The notes: generated from the letters alone by a model not told the origin. A DNA stretch of 61,622 nt, filler included, from 5 parts of 5 records of this genome joined end to end with filler, not necessarily neighbours in it; one strand, 5' to 3'. Positions 18,961-29,512 are shown, counted from the whole stretch's first letter. Translations and numbers: made by a program.

Positions 18961-20127
18961 ATGAAGATAAATAAAAAGAATCTACACCATTGGTTATGGC
19001 TTGGGCAATTTACCCTGATCACCTTGACTGCGATATTACTCAGGCCCTTTGCTCACCTGGTGAATTCGTCTAACCTTGTGCTGCTTTACGGGCACAAACT
19101 TAACGGCAATCTAAAAGGATTGTATATTACGTGGAATCAGGCCACGGAAAAAAAGATGGAATTGGCCTTTCTTACGATGGACCCAATGTACTACAAACAA
19201 CTCAAGGAACAAGGCACGCCCGTTTTGTTAGCTACTAAATTATCAACAGTGTGGAAATTGGCTATTACCAATACAATTGTGTCTGATCATGGGCTGCACT
19301 GTTTAGTGTTTCTGCTAAAAGCCACGTCAATTAGGTTTATAGATGTTTGGCATGGCATTCCATTTAAGGGATTTGATGGCGATGACTTCAGGATTCAGCA
19401 CCAATATGATGAAGTCTGGGTGACTTCTCAAACAATCAAAAACCTATATATCGAGAAGCTTGGGTTTGATGAATCAAGGCTAAAGCCAATTGGCTACGCT
19501 CGTTCAGATACACTTATAAACCAGAGTTCTGATAACGAGTATGTCAAAAAAAAGATAGGTATCGTCGACCGGGAAAAAAAGCTCATTCTTTTTGCACCGA
19601 CCTGGAAGCAGGATCAAGAGGATCGAAACATTCTCCCTTTTAATGTGTCTGAGTATGTCTTTTTTAACGAGCTTGAAAAATTGTGTGAGGAGACAAGCAG
19701 TGTTGTTGTTATTCGTACACATTTAAACAGCCAATTCTCTTTACCAAAAGAATTCAGGCATATTTATTTCGCCCCCAGTTCCCAATTTCCAGACACTGAG
19801 GCAATCCTGCTTGCATCTGATATTTTAGTTTGTGACTGGTCTTCAATTGCATTTGATTACATGTTGCTTAATCGCCCAACTATTTTTTTAGATGTTCCTG
19901 CCCCTTTTAAAAAAGGTTTCTTCCTGGACGCAAATTTTCGCTTTGGTGAATTGGTTAACGACACCTGCTCAATGCATACCGCAATTAAGGAATACCTAAA
20001 AGATCCACAGCGCTACAGGGATGATCATGGCAAAAAAATTCGTTCAGTCACTCAAACAGTTTACAGCTCGTTTGCAGACGGTAAAGTTGGAGAGCGTTAC
20101 CTAAAAAGGCTCCTAAGAGCACACTAA
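18961..20127 (+). CDS. CDP-glycerol glycerophosphotransferase (TagB/TagF family); ORF is open from 18880
   Basis: WHGIPFK, GYARSD, LFAPTW, DILVCDWSSIAFDYMLLNRP. Confidence 0.88.
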   Translation: MKINKKNLHHWLWLGQFTLITLTAILLRPFAHLVNSSNLVLLYGHKLNGNLKGLYITWNQATEKKMELAFLTMDPMYYKQLKEQGTPVLLATKLSTVWKLAITNTIVSDHGLHCLVFLLKATSIRFIDVWHGIPFKGFDGDDFRIQHQYDEVWVTSQTIKNLYIEKLGFDESRLKPIGYARSDTLINQSSDNEYVKKKIGIVDREKKLILFAPTWKQDQEDRNILPFNVSEYVFFNELEKLCEETSSVVVIRTHLNSQFSLPKEFRHIYFAPSSQFPDTEAILLASDILVCDWSSIAFDYMLLNRPTIFLDVPAPFKKGFFLDANFRFGELVNDTCSMHTAIKEYLKDPQRYRDDHGKKIRSVTQTVYSSFADGKVGERYLKRLLRAH

Positions 20128-22049
20128 CAATATCGCTGCAGAAATATTTCAGTATTCATCAACATCCATATTTTCATAGCGCTGCTGTGGTCATTTTCAA
20201 TATTTTCATGGTCTAACCAGGATAAAAGAGACTTTTTATTATAAAGCCCTCTTTCCATTGCTTCCTTGGACAGAAGTAGCTGCTTTGCATTATCCCTAAA
20301 ATCCCCTTTAAACCATTCGTGTAAAGGTACGGGAAACCCGATTTTCTTCCGATAAAGGATATTGTCGCTTAATCGATCAGAAAACATGGTTTTTAGTAGT
20401 GCTTTAGGGGTGTCGTATATCTCACTTATCTGGTCAGATACAAGAGCTTCATACTCACTCTGTTTTGCATCTTCATTCCACTTCAATTTATATTTGACAG
20501 GAATTGTTAACGCAAATTCAACAAGCCTATGATCAACAAAGGGCACTCTTCCTTCGACGCTAGCTGCCATAGTTGCGTTGTCCAACCTCTGAAGTAATCC
20601 TGGAAGGTGAGTGCGAATGAATACATATGATATTTTGTTTTCGTAAGAGTGATTTTCGAGTTCAGAAAATTGTTTTGCTATATGCTCCTTAAAGGTGTTT
20701 TCATAATTACTTAAATCTAGATCCTTTGAGAGCAATTCAGTCTTAGTCGCCTCGGAAGTATAAGAATATATGTTGAAAAAGTGTTCTGCTTGGTTGTCGA
20801 AATGAGATTGCCCGTACTTCTTTTCCGCAGATTGAAAAAAAACAGCTTTGTTTTGTTTCGAACTCCAAAGGTAATCAGACTTAAGGCGCTCATAATCATA
20901 GGCGGAGCGGAATATTCTGCCGTACCCCATAAAAAGCTCATCAGCTCCTTCACCAGATAATACAACAGTGATGTATTTCTTAAGTTCTTTTGACAGTGTC
21001 CAAAGTGGGATCTCATTTGGTACTGATAGCGGCGCACCCTTTAGTGTGACCAGGTCATACATACAGCCTAAATAATTACTGGAAGATTCGCAAATTTCCC
21101 GATGCTGGGTTTGATATTGTTGGGCAACTTCGGCTGCATAGTTAAACTCGTTGAAATTTTCCTGCTCAAATCCAATCGTGAAGGTTTTTACGGTTTCTTG
21201 GGATAACTTGGCCATCGTAGCAACTAGTCCACTGGAGTCTACGCCACCTGAGAGGTAAGCACCGAAAGGTACATCAGCTATCATTCTATAGGAGACTGAA
21301 CTTTCAACCAGTTCTTTTAGGCGTTCTAGATAAAATGTTTCCCCCTGGTCGTTTTCCTGCTCTTCCAAAAATTTGGCAGGATCCCAATAGGATTTCACTT
21401 CAACTTGCTGTTTCCTGATATGGATGAACTGCCCTGGTTCAAGGGAGTAGATCCCTTTTAAAAACGATCGATTCCCGATAGGATAGCGGAATGAAAGATA
21501 GGAGGACAATGCTTCTGGAGAGAGTTGTTTTGTTTGTGGTATTAATCTAGTTAACGAGGAAACAACAGATGAAAAATATATTTGACCATGCTGATTAGCG
21601 TAGAAAAGGGGTTTAATCCCCAGCCGATCCCTTACTATAAAGACTTCTTTTGACCTTTTGTTTACGAAACAAAATGCAAACATTCCAATGCATTTATCAA
21701 CAAATGATAATCCTTCAAGGATTAGTCCCTTCAGCAGGACTTCCGTATCACTAGTAGTCGTAAAGATTTGTCCTCTCTCCTCTAGTGAACCCTTAAGGTC
21801 TTTGTAGTTGTATATTTCACCATTAAAAACAATGGAGTAATTGTGGTTTTCAGACAGCATTGGTTGTTTTGATCTAGGATCCAGATCCAGAATGCTCAAG
21901 CGCCTATGCCCAAGTATGAAGTGATCAGCTGGCAATATGCCTGAGTCATCAGGCCCTCTATGCTCTTGAAGTTTTAGTGCCTCGTTAAACGTTTTCAAAT
22001 CCCATGAGCATTTCTTATTAAAGTCAATAATGCCTAAAATTCCACACAT
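20124..22049 (-). CDS. asnB: Asparagine synthase (glutamine-hydrolysing) family amidotransferase, probably glycan-associated
   Basis: MCGI N-terminus, HRGPD, RDRLGIKPL, LSGGVDSS, SGEGADELF, VEGRVPFVD. Confidence 0.92.
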   Translation of the reverse strand: MCGILGIIDFNKKCSWDLKTFNEALKLQEHRGPDDSGILPADHFILGHRRLSILDLDPRSKQPMLSENHNYSIVFNGEIYNYKDLKGSLEERGQIFTTTSDTEVLLKGLILEGLSFVDKCIGMFAFCFVNKRSKEVFIVRDRLGIKPLFYANQHGQIYFSSVVSSLTRLIPQTKQLSPEALSSYLSFRYPIGNRSFLKGIYSLEPGQFIHIRKQQVEVKSYWDPAKFLEEQENDQGETFYLERLKELVESSVSYRMIADVPFGAYLSGGVDSSGLVATMAKLSQETVKTFTIGFEQENFNEFNYAAEVAQQYQTQHREICESSSNYLGCMYDLVTLKGAPLSVPNEIPLWTLSKELKKYITVVLSGEGADELFMGYGRIFRSAYDYERLKSDYLWSSKQNKAVFFQSAEKKYGQSHFDNQAEHFFNIYSYTSEATKTELLSKDLDLSNYENTFKEHIAKQFSELENHSYENKISYVFIRTHLPGLLQRLDNATMAASVEGRVPFVDHRLVEFALTIPVKYKLKWNEDAKQSEYEALVSDQISEIYDTPKALLKTMFSDRLSDNILYRKKIGFPVPLHEWFKGDFRDNAKQLLLSKEAMERGLYNKKSLLSWLDHENIENDHSSAMKIWMLMNTEIFLQRYC

Positions 22050-22179
22050 AATTACCTTAATCCGTGACGAAGTTGCAGTAAAAAATGCTGCGACTTTCTA
22101 TTAATATATCGATTTTACAGCACAAAAAGTGCAATAATAACCTGTCCGAAAAACTCACTCGACAGGTGAAAAAATGAAA

Positions 22180-22279
22180 NNNNNNNNNNNNNNNNNNNNN
22201 NNNNNNNNNNNNNNNNNNNNNNNTTAATTAATTAANNNNNNNNNNNNNNNNNNNNNNNNNNNNNNNNNNNNNNNNNNNN
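22180..22279. other. Artificial contig linker
   Basis: 44 N + TTAATTAATTAA + 44 N; composition changes across it. Confidence 0.98.
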
Positions 22280-22447
22280 AGGTTTGCAAATTCTTATTCA
22301 TCATATTTATGAGTTAAAAAATAGGAAGATAAATTTGGTATTGTTTAAATCGAGTTAAGTTGAAAAATGGTTATCGGGTGAGCTTTTTGGTTGGCTTGCC
22401 CGTTCCCATTTTATTGGTTTAAAAATTCGTGAACACCTTTTTATATT

Positions 22448-22672
22448 ATGCCCAATTCAGAAAATATATTTGATGTGAGAGAGATTTCTGCCGATGTAAT
22501 TACGGTTGAACTGGAAAAGCGTTTAAATAATATTTCGCGGTTAAAAGCAATTTGGCTGATTGATCGTAAAGAACCTAAGAAATTCTATACGGAGTTAAAA
22601 AATAGAAATTTGTTCTTTCAGAATTTTGCGATTGATGAAAACGAACACCGTCTACTAATTTGCAAATACTAA
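22448..22672 (+). CDS. Small protein, DUF2249-like
   Basis: FDVREI...LIDRKEPKKFYTELKNRN...EHRLLICK resembles the DUF2249 pattern; followed by a terminator. Confidence 0.5.
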   Translation: MPNSENIFDVREISADVITVELEKRLNNISRLKAIWLIDRKEPKKFYTELKNRNLFFQNFAIDENEHRLLICKY

Positions 22673-22724
22673 TCTAAATTAACTTTTGCCTTAAAAGCTT
22701 CCTTATTAATAATCTCCTCCTAAA

Positions 22725-22764
22725 AAAAGCCGGATACTTTTTAAAATTCCCGGCTTTTCTTTTT
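22725..22764 (+). terminator. Intrinsic terminator
   Basis: AAAAGCCGG...CCGGCTTTT followed by a T-tract. Confidence 0.7.
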
Positions 22765-22907
22765 ATGTAAAATAATTCTTCCATGAAATGGGAAACTTAC
22801 GATTTGATGTGCTATAAAATAAGTGGTCATAATTTCATAATTCATTAATCCCTATTTCTTACTAATTCTTAAACAAAATATCCCTGAAAATAGGTATTGC
22901 CTAAAAG

Positions 22908-22920
22908 AGAACACTGTTCT
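22908..22920. promoter_or_regulatory. Candidate TetR operator
   Basis: AGAACA-C-TGTTCT palindrome 25 bp before the TetR start. Confidence 0.5.
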
Positions 22921-22945
22921 TTATTTGTACTAAAGATAATTACGG

Positions 22946-23557
22946 ATGCAGACTAAAAAAGAAAATATACGACAAGATATTCTGGAAATAGCGCGTAAGG
23001 AGCTGTTTGATAAAGGATTTAAAGATGCGTCGATGCGCTCTATAGCGATTCAGGCGAATGTAACACTTAGCAATATTTATAATTATTTTAAAAATAAGAA
23101 TGAAATACTGCGTGAGGTTTTAATGCCATTATTAAATGAATTTGATAATATGAAAGAAGAGCATAACAGCCCCAACTACATTACTACCGACTATTTTTTT
23201 AAAGAAGAATATCAAATAAAACATATTGAACTATTTGTAAATCTTATTTTAAAATTCAGAGAAGAACTGAAACTCCTTTTATTTAAATCTCATGGATCGT
23301 TGTTCGAAAATTTTCGCGAAGAATATACAGATACGCACACCAAAACCGGACTTGAATACCTAATGCTAATGAAAGAAAAGTACCCGGAAGTGAATATAAA
23401 TATCTCAGACTTTTTTATCCATTCGATGAGTTCATGGTGGCTGACCATTATTGGAGAAATTGTATCTCACGATCTAACTGAAAAAGAAATCAGAATATTT
23501 ATTGGAGAATATGTAAAATTTGGAACAGCTGGCTGGCAAAAGATGATGGGGGTGTGA
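22946..23557 (+). CDS. TetR/AcrR family regulator
   Basis: ARKELFDKGFKDASMRSIA...NIYNYFKNK HTH. Confidence 0.92.
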   Translation: MQTKKENIRQDILEIARKELFDKGFKDASMRSIAIQANVTLSNIYNYFKNKNEILREVLMPLLNEFDNMKEEHNSPNYITTDYFFKEEYQIKHIELFVNLILKFREELKLLLFKSHGSLFENFREEYTDTHTKTGLEYLMLMKEKYPEVNINISDFFIHSMSSWWLTIIGEIVSHDLTEKEIRIFIGEYVKFGTAGWQKMMGV

Positions 23558-23612
23558 TAATGGAAAAGAATCAGCGCATCAGAAACAAAAAAAATAAAAT
23601 CAAGTATCCGAA

Positions 23613-25412
23613 ATGAAAACATTAAAAAAACTTCAACAGTACATGGGTAACCGTAAAGCTTTGCTTCCGGGAGCCATTGTATTATCTGGCTTAAGTACGT
23701 TAACCGGAATGTTACCCTATATTTTTATTTGGTTAATTGTACGCGAACTATTTTCAGCAAACGCGAACTACTCTAATCCGCAAATTGGCAATTACGCCTG
23801 GTGGGCATTAGGAACAGCTGTTGGCGGAATCGTATTGTATTTTTTTGCTTTAACCTTATCGCATCTGGCTGCTTTTCGTGTTGAAACAAATATGCGACGA
23901 ACTGCCATGCAGAAAATTATAAATATGCCTCTCGGATTTTTCGACAATAATACCAGCGGTAAAATACGGAAGATAATAGACGATAATGCCAGTGTAACAC
24001 ATTCATTTCTGGCTCACCAAATGCCCGATCTTGCCGGCACAATATTAATGCCAATAGTTACAACTGTGCTGATTTTTGTTTTTGACTGGAAGCTGGGACT
24101 CACATGTCTCATTCCAATAGTTGCAGCTATGGGAATAATGAGTTTTATGATGGGAAAAAGAGGACGCTATTTTATGCAGACTTACATGACCTCTTTGGAA
24201 GAAATGAATACTGAAGCTGTAGAATATGTGCGGGGAATACCGGTTGTGAAGGTGTTTCAGCAAACGGTCTTTTCGTTTAAAAATTTTCATACAAGTATTA
24301 TAAAATACCGCGACATGGTTACGGCTTATACAAAAATGTGGGAAATACCTATGTCGGCATATACTGTAATTATAAATGGTTTTGTATTTGTTTTGGCTCC
24401 GGTAGCTATTTTGCTCATTAATTATTCTGGCAACTTGTCAGAAGTTATGCTTAACCTGTTTTTTTACATACTAATTACACCTGTTTTTGCACAAAGCATA
24501 ATGCGTAGTATGTACCTCAATCAGGCTATAGGACAGGCCACTGAGGCTGTAACCCGAACGGAACAATTAACCGAATTTAAACCACTAGTTATAACTGAAC
24601 ATCCTCAACCTTTAAGTTCTCTCAGTATTCACTTCAAGGATGTTACTTTTACTTATCCGGGGGCTGTTGAGAAAGCAATTGATGGAATAAGCTTCTCAAT
24701 TCCTGAAGGAAAAACCTATGCTTTAGTTGGTGCCTCAGGAAGCGGAAAGACTACTATTGCCCGTTTGGTTCCTCGATTTTGGGACGTCGATAAAGGGCAA
24801 ATTTGTATCGGAGATACCGATGTAAAAGATATTGCACCTAAAGTGCTGATGAATCAGGTTTCATTTGTTTTTCAGAACACAAAATTATTTAGAACTACCT
24901 TACTTCAGAATATAAAATATGGGAGTAGGAATGCCAGTTTTAAAGCCGTATTACGAGCAGTTGAACTGGCTCAATGTTGCGAAATAATTGATAAACTGCC
25001 AAAAGGACTGGATACAAAAATAGGTGCAGATGGAACTTATCTGTCGGGTGGCGAACAGCAACGGATTTCATTAGCCCGTGCCATTTTAAAAGATGCGCCA
25101 ATAGTTGTGCTCGATGAAGCAACGGCTTTTACCGATCCTGAAAATGAGCATCTAATTCAGAAAGCATTGGGTAAATTAACACTAGGTAAAACAGTATTAA
25201 TGATTGCCCATCGTCTTACCAGCGTAGTAGATGTGGATTGTATCCTGCTTATTAAGAATGGAAAAATTGAAGAACAGGGCAGTCATAACGAGCTACTGGT
25301 TAAACAAGGTATTTATGCTAAGATGTGGAATGAATATCAACAGGCAGTCAACTGGACTGTAGGTGCTTTTAATTCAAAGGTATATGAACACGAAACTGTA
25401 TCTCAAAACTGA
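23613..25412 (+). CDS. ABC half-transporter (TMD+NBD), subunit 1 of a heterodimer (YbtP/IrtA-like fold)
   Basis: 6 TM; GASGSGKT, LSGGEQQR, LDEATAFTD. Confidence 0.9.
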   Translation: MKTLKKLQQYMGNRKALLPGAIVLSGLSTLTGMLPYIFIWLIVRELFSANANYSNPQIGNYAWWALGTAVGGIVLYFFALTLSHLAAFRVETNMRRTAMQKIINMPLGFFDNNTSGKIRKIIDDNASVTHSFLAHQMPDLAGTILMPIVTTVLIFVFDWKLGLTCLIPIVAAMGIMSFMMGKRGRYFMQTYMTSLEEMNTEAVEYVRGIPVVKVFQQTVFSFKNFHTSIIKYRDMVTAYTKMWEIPMSAYTVIINGFVFVLAPVAILLINYSGNLSEVMLNLFFYILITPVFAQSIMRSMYLNQAIGQATEAVTRTEQLTEFKPLVITEHPQPLSSLSIHFKDVTFTYPGAVEKAIDGISFSIPEGKTYALVGASGSGKTTIARLVPRFWDVDKGQICIGDTDVKDIAPKVLMNQVSFVFQNTKLFRTTLLQNIKYGSRNASFKAVLRAVELAQCCEIIDKLPKGLDTKIGADGTYLSGGEQQRISLARAILKDAPIVVLDEATAFTDPENEHLIQKALGKLTLGKTVLMIAHRLTSVVDVDCILLIKNGKIEEQGSHNELLVKQGIYAKMWNEYQQAVNWTVGAFNSKVYEHETVSQN

Positions 25413-25432
25413 TAACCTGAAATAATAAAAAA

Positions 25433-27163
25433 ATGATAGCGACTATACAACAACGGTTTGCACTTTCAAAAAGAGGTGCAAAAGATTTACTAAAAGGTGC
25501 TTTTTTTACAACACTGCTTAATATTGCTTTGATGTTTCCTGCAGTGTACATTTTTCTCTTTCTTGAAGATTATTTGAGACCAATTATAAATCCTGGAACT
25601 TCGGTTAGTAACGGAACTTTCTATTATTTAGCCTGGGGATTGGCTTTTTTGCTGTTTATGTGGCTTTTGGCACGTTTTCAGTACCGTAGTACTTTTACTG
25701 CAACTTATAAAGAAAGTGCTAACCGCCGAATCTCTTTGGCCGAAAAGTTGCGCAAATTACCTTTGGCATTCTTTGGTGAAAAAAATCTCTCCGATCTTAC
25801 ATCAACCATTATGAGCGATAATACAGAGTTGGAGCATACTTTTTCTCATGCCGTTCCTCAACTTTTTGCATCGATAATTAGTATCGTTATGGTAGCTACC
25901 GGTATGTTCTTCTACAATTGGCAGCTTGCATTGGCTTTGTTTTGGGTAGTGCCGTTTGCCGGAATCGTAATTCTTTTGTCGAAACGAAAACAATTAAAGA
26001 CGAACCAGGTAATTTATCAGAAGAAACGTGATGTAAGCGAGTGTATTCAGGAAGGGCTTGATACCATTCAGGAAATAAAATCTTATAAGCTTGAGCAATT
26101 GTACCTAAACAAACTGAATGAAAAATTAGCCAGCTACGAAAAACATTTAACCCGGGGTGAACTAATGGTAGGGGTAATAATAAACAATGCCCAAAGTATT
26201 CTGAAACTGGGAATGGCCAGCGTAATTATCTTTGGTGCAATTCTACTTTCAAACGGTATGGTTGACTTATTTAAATACCTTATGTTTTTAATAATCGCAT
26301 CCCGGATTTATGAACCAATCAGCGAGGTTTTTAATAATATGGCAGTTTTGTTTTACCTTGATATTCGTATAAAGCGAATGAATGAAATGGAAGCAATGCC
26401 CATTCAAAAGGGTAAAACTGACTATAAAACAGATAATTTCGATATTGTTTTCGAACATGTAAATTTCTCATATGAAACAGGAAAGCAAATTATAAATGAT
26501 GTTTCGTTTACCGCGAAACAAGGTGAAATTACTGCTTTGGTAGGACCTTCGGGAGGAGGAAAGAGTACATCAGCAAAACTTGCTGCCCGATTCTGGGATA
26601 TTGATTCAGGAAAAATCTACCTGGGAGGACAAGATATTAGCAAGATAGATCCTGAAGCACTTTTAAAAAATTATTCAATCGTATTTCAGGATGTGGCATT
26701 GTTTAATACGTCTGTAATTGATAATATCAGGATTGGACGACGCGATGCAACCGATGACGAAATTTACAGGGTTGCAAAGTTGGCTCAGTGCGACGACTTT
26801 GTGCAGAAAATGCCAAACGGATATCAAACTGTAATTGGCGAAAATGGAGAAACACTCTCAGGTGGTGAGCGACAACGAATTTCTATTGCCAGAGCTTTAC
26901 TAAAAGATGCCCCGATTGTGTTGCTTGACGAGGCTACTGCTTCGCTGGATGTGGAAAATGAATCGAAAATACAGGCTGGAATTTCAGAATTAATTAAAAA
27001 TAAAACCGTGTTGATTATTGCCCACCGCATGCGTACTGTGGCCAATGCCGATAAAATTGTTTTGCTTGAAAACGGGCAGATGGCGGAAAGCGGATCTCCG
27101 GAAGAGCTGAAACGGAAAAATGGCATTTTTGCCCGAATGACCAAACGACAACTAGGAGTATAA
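25433..27163 (+). CDS. ABC half-transporter (TMD+NBD), subunit 2
   Basis: GPSGGGKS, LSGGERQR, LDEATASLD. Confidence 0.9.
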   Translation: MIATIQQRFALSKRGAKDLLKGAFFTTLLNIALMFPAVYIFLFLEDYLRPIINPGTSVSNGTFYYLAWGLAFLLFMWLLARFQYRSTFTATYKESANRRISLAEKLRKLPLAFFGEKNLSDLTSTIMSDNTELEHTFSHAVPQLFASIISIVMVATGMFFYNWQLALALFWVVPFAGIVILLSKRKQLKTNQVIYQKKRDVSECIQEGLDTIQEIKSYKLEQLYLNKLNEKLASYEKHLTRGELMVGVIINNAQSILKLGMASVIIFGAILLSNGMVDLFKYLMFLIIASRIYEPISEVFNNMAVLFYLDIRIKRMNEMEAMPIQKGKTDYKTDNFDIVFEHVNFSYETGKQIINDVSFTAKQGEITALVGPSGGGKSTSAKLAARFWDIDSGKIYLGGQDISKIDPEALLKNYSIVFQDVALFNTSVIDNIRIGRRDATDDEIYRVAKLAQCDDFVQKMPNGYQTVIGENGETLSGGERQRISIARALLKDAPIVLLDEATASLDVENESKIQAGISELIKNKTVLIIAHRMRTVANADKIVLLENGQMAESGSPEELKRKNGIFARMTKRQLGV

Positions 27164-27247
27164 GAAGAACGGTAAGGTATGGAAATGGTAAGAATGCGGT
27201 TAAACAGTTTACACCAGCTATACCAAAATGGCTTACGTAATTCAATA

Positions 27248-27343
27248 ATGGACAGGAAACAAAAGGAACAACTGTTTTAGGACTCCTTTGCAGTTAAATA
27301 CGATCGGTTTAAAACCGTTGATGAAAAACACCGAATTATATAA
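27248..27343 (+). pseudogene. Possible N-terminal remnant of a class I SAM methyltransferase
   Basis: Reads MDRKQKEQLF*DSFAVKYDRF; TAG sits where TGG would give the common FWD..A.KYD N-terminus. Confidence 0.35.
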
Positions 27344-27567
27344 TTATATGCTACAGACTGCCGGAACTACAGTTAAAACTTGATTTTATTCACTATTTAT
27401 TGTGATTATCGATCTTGAGATTCATAACATTAAGGGATGGTGTAGCTTATATATATCTACTACTTTTACCTCTGTAAAATAACATATTCATTTGAGTTTA
27501 GAAATTCCATAAAACAAAAATTTAGTTAAACATACTCAACAAAATTTCTAAACATTAACGTCTGTAT

Positions 27568-27625
27568 ATCCCGTAATCCTGCTGTCTCTATTCGCTTTTT
27601 TTAGGATTACGGGATTTCCTTTTTA
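27568..27625 (+). terminator. 13-bp inverted repeat with T-rich tail
   Basis: ATCCCGTAATCCT-N22-AGGATTACGGGAT-TTCCTTTTT. Confidence 0.6.
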
Positions 27626-27729
27626 ATCATTATTAATGAGAAAAAATGTCCAAAATCCCAATTATATACGATTGTAAAGCTTAGCTCTTTTTTTCAGTTT
27701 TGTAATGTTAATAGTTAAAACAGATTACT

Positions 27730-27945
27730 ATGTTTATTGCCTTTATTTCAACGATAACAGAAACCACCAATAACGCTTATTTAATTAAAGATATTCTTAT
27801 TGATTTATCGTTTTACGCCGTTTTAGGTGGAGTGGTCGGATGGGCTTTATTTGGAAAGGAGAAAAAGAAGGTGTTGAATAAAACCATTTTTAGTTTAATG
27901 ATTATTGCTCCTTTATTGTTTCTTTTATTTCAGTTGAAAAACTGA
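27730..27945 (+). CDS. Small hypothetical membrane protein
   Basis: Two hydrophobic segments separated by a Lys-rich loop. Confidence 0.55.
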   Translation: MFIAFISTITETTNNAYLIKDILIDLSFYAVLGGVVGWALFGKEKKKVLNKTIFSLMIIAPLLFLLFQLKN

Positions 27946-27956
27946 TTTTTAATAGT

Positions 27957-28550
27957 CTATTCTGAATAATTATCAACATCAATTAATCCGTTGGCAACAG
28001 CGTAAATTACAAGTGCAGCAGCCGATTTAACTCCGAGTTTGGTACTAATATTTTTCCGGTGCGATACCACAGTATGAATGCTAATAAACAATTCTTCTGC
28101 AATCTCTTTGTTCGATTTTCCGGTTGCAAGTAGTTTCAGTACTTCCGTTTCGCGCTCGCTAAGTGAAGTGTCGTTTTCCCCTGTATTAGGTGAGCCTTTT
28201 AAATGTTTTGAAAAAATGCGAAGAATGGTCTCGCGATCGTCGGTAATAAAAATGGCATCTGAAAAATAATCAAGCATAACCCGTTCGTAAAGGGTTGAAA
28301 CCAATCCAATCAGTTTTTCTTTTCCAAATAATGCAGGCAAACGTTTAAGATTCTTTTTCGAATGGTTTATCATTGATGGATTAACCAATACAAGCTTGAA
28401 CAATTCTGGTTGACCAAGTTGAAAAGCTTCATCAACCGAAGAAACAAATGAAAGTTCTACATCCGTTTTTTCGCGGGTAACAATTGATGTAATTCCTTCA
28501 CGTACGATTACAGATGGTTCGATAACCAATATCTTACAACATATTCTCAA
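27957..28550 (-). CDS. LuxR-family regulator with a degenerate receiver-like N-terminus
   Basis: LSERETEVLKLLATGKSNKEIAEELFISIHTVVSHRKNI. Confidence 0.9.
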   Translation of the reverse strand: MRICCKILVIEPSVIVREGITSIVTREKTDVELSFVSSVDEAFQLGQPELFKLVLVNPSMINHSKKNLKRLPALFGKEKLIGLVSTLYERVMLDYFSDAIFITDDRETILRIFSKHLKGSPNTGENDTSLSERETEVLKLLATGKSNKEIAEELFISIHTVVSHRKNISTKLGVKSAAALVIYAVANGLIDVDNYSE

Positions 28551-28551
28551 A

Positions 28552-29247
28552 TCAGACCTGCCTTTCTTTTTCCAGTTTTTCCACTTGCGGAATTAAAATC
28601 TCATTTTCAATTTTGGAGTGCACCTGTAAATCAAAATCCAAATCGAACAAGGCAAATAGTATTTTTCGTCGAAGACTATTACTGGTTTCCTGGGGAAGGT
28701 GTTCAATCAACAATTTTTTCAGGTCATCCAGTTTCTCCTGAATGTCATCATGATGTTCGCGGTAATCTATAACCGAAAAGTTTTCATCTCTGTTTTTATC
28801 AGTTAAATGAAGGATGTATGGAAAAACGGTGTTGTTTTCGTAATCGAAATGATTATCCACCTCGTTTTTGTATTCATCAAAAAACTGCTTAACCATAAGC
28901 AACTCTGGCTTATTGGTACTTTCACTCAGCAAATGAATGTTGTGAATTATTTCAGGAAAAACTTCTTCGGAATAAAAACTGTGCGAATTGGTTAAATAAG
29001 CAACAATTTGTTTTATTTCTTCTTTTGTAAAATCAAGTTCACACTTAAACGAAAGGTTGTTATATAAATTGGTTACCAATAAAAATACTGTCGGACTGAT
29101 TTTAAACTCTTTACAAATAGTTTCTACTGTTTTTTCTTTAACACCCAGTTTTATTCCAAAACGTTCCATTGCTAATATCAGCAAAGGGTGTTTAAATAGC
29201 AGTTTCGACATCTTAATGTCTTTTTTTATTACTCCGTGTGTAACCAT
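28552..29247 (-). CDS. Hemerythrin-like (Ric/ScdA-related) protein
   Basis: N-terminal RFGIKLG..EKTVETIC; LTNSHSFY, HFDYENNTVFP, EHHDDI, HSKIENEILIP. Confidence 0.82.
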   Translation of the reverse strand: MVTHGVIKKDIKMSKLLFKHPLLILAMERFGIKLGVKEKTVETICKEFKISPTVFLLVTNLYNNLSFKCELDFTKEEIKQIVAYLTNSHSFYSEEVFPEIIHNIHLLSESTNKPELLMVKQFFDEYKNEVDNHFDYENNTVFPYILHLTDKNRDENFSVIDYREHHDDIQEKLDDLKKLLIEHLPQETSNSLRRKILFALFDLDFDLQVHSKIENEILIPQVEKLEKERQV

Positions 29248-29482
29248 AGGTGTGATATTTCTTTTGCAAAATTATAATTTTTCTTTAGATTGAATAAAAA
29301 TAAGTTGGATTGATTGCCATTTCTTGAAACAATAAAGTTTAAACAGAAAATACTACATTCTAATTTGAAGGATGGTAGCGATTAGAGAGAGTGAAACAGG
29401 TTTGATCAGGATTAAAAAAGAAAGAGTATTTGGATATAGATCATAAACTGTAATCGTAAATAACATTATCTAAACTTTCCGG

Positions 29483-29512
29483 TTGTTTGATAAGAAATTA
29501 TCTCTACTTTTG
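29483..29512 (+). promoter_or_regulatory. Bacteroidota housekeeping promoter (-33/-7)
   Basis: TTG-N19-TACTTTTG immediately before the riboswitch. Confidence 0.7.

Noticed and set aside
22224-22235. TTAATTAATTAA recurring four times as a biological repeat
   Set aside because: It is always centred in N runs: a synthetic all-frame-stop contig spacer.
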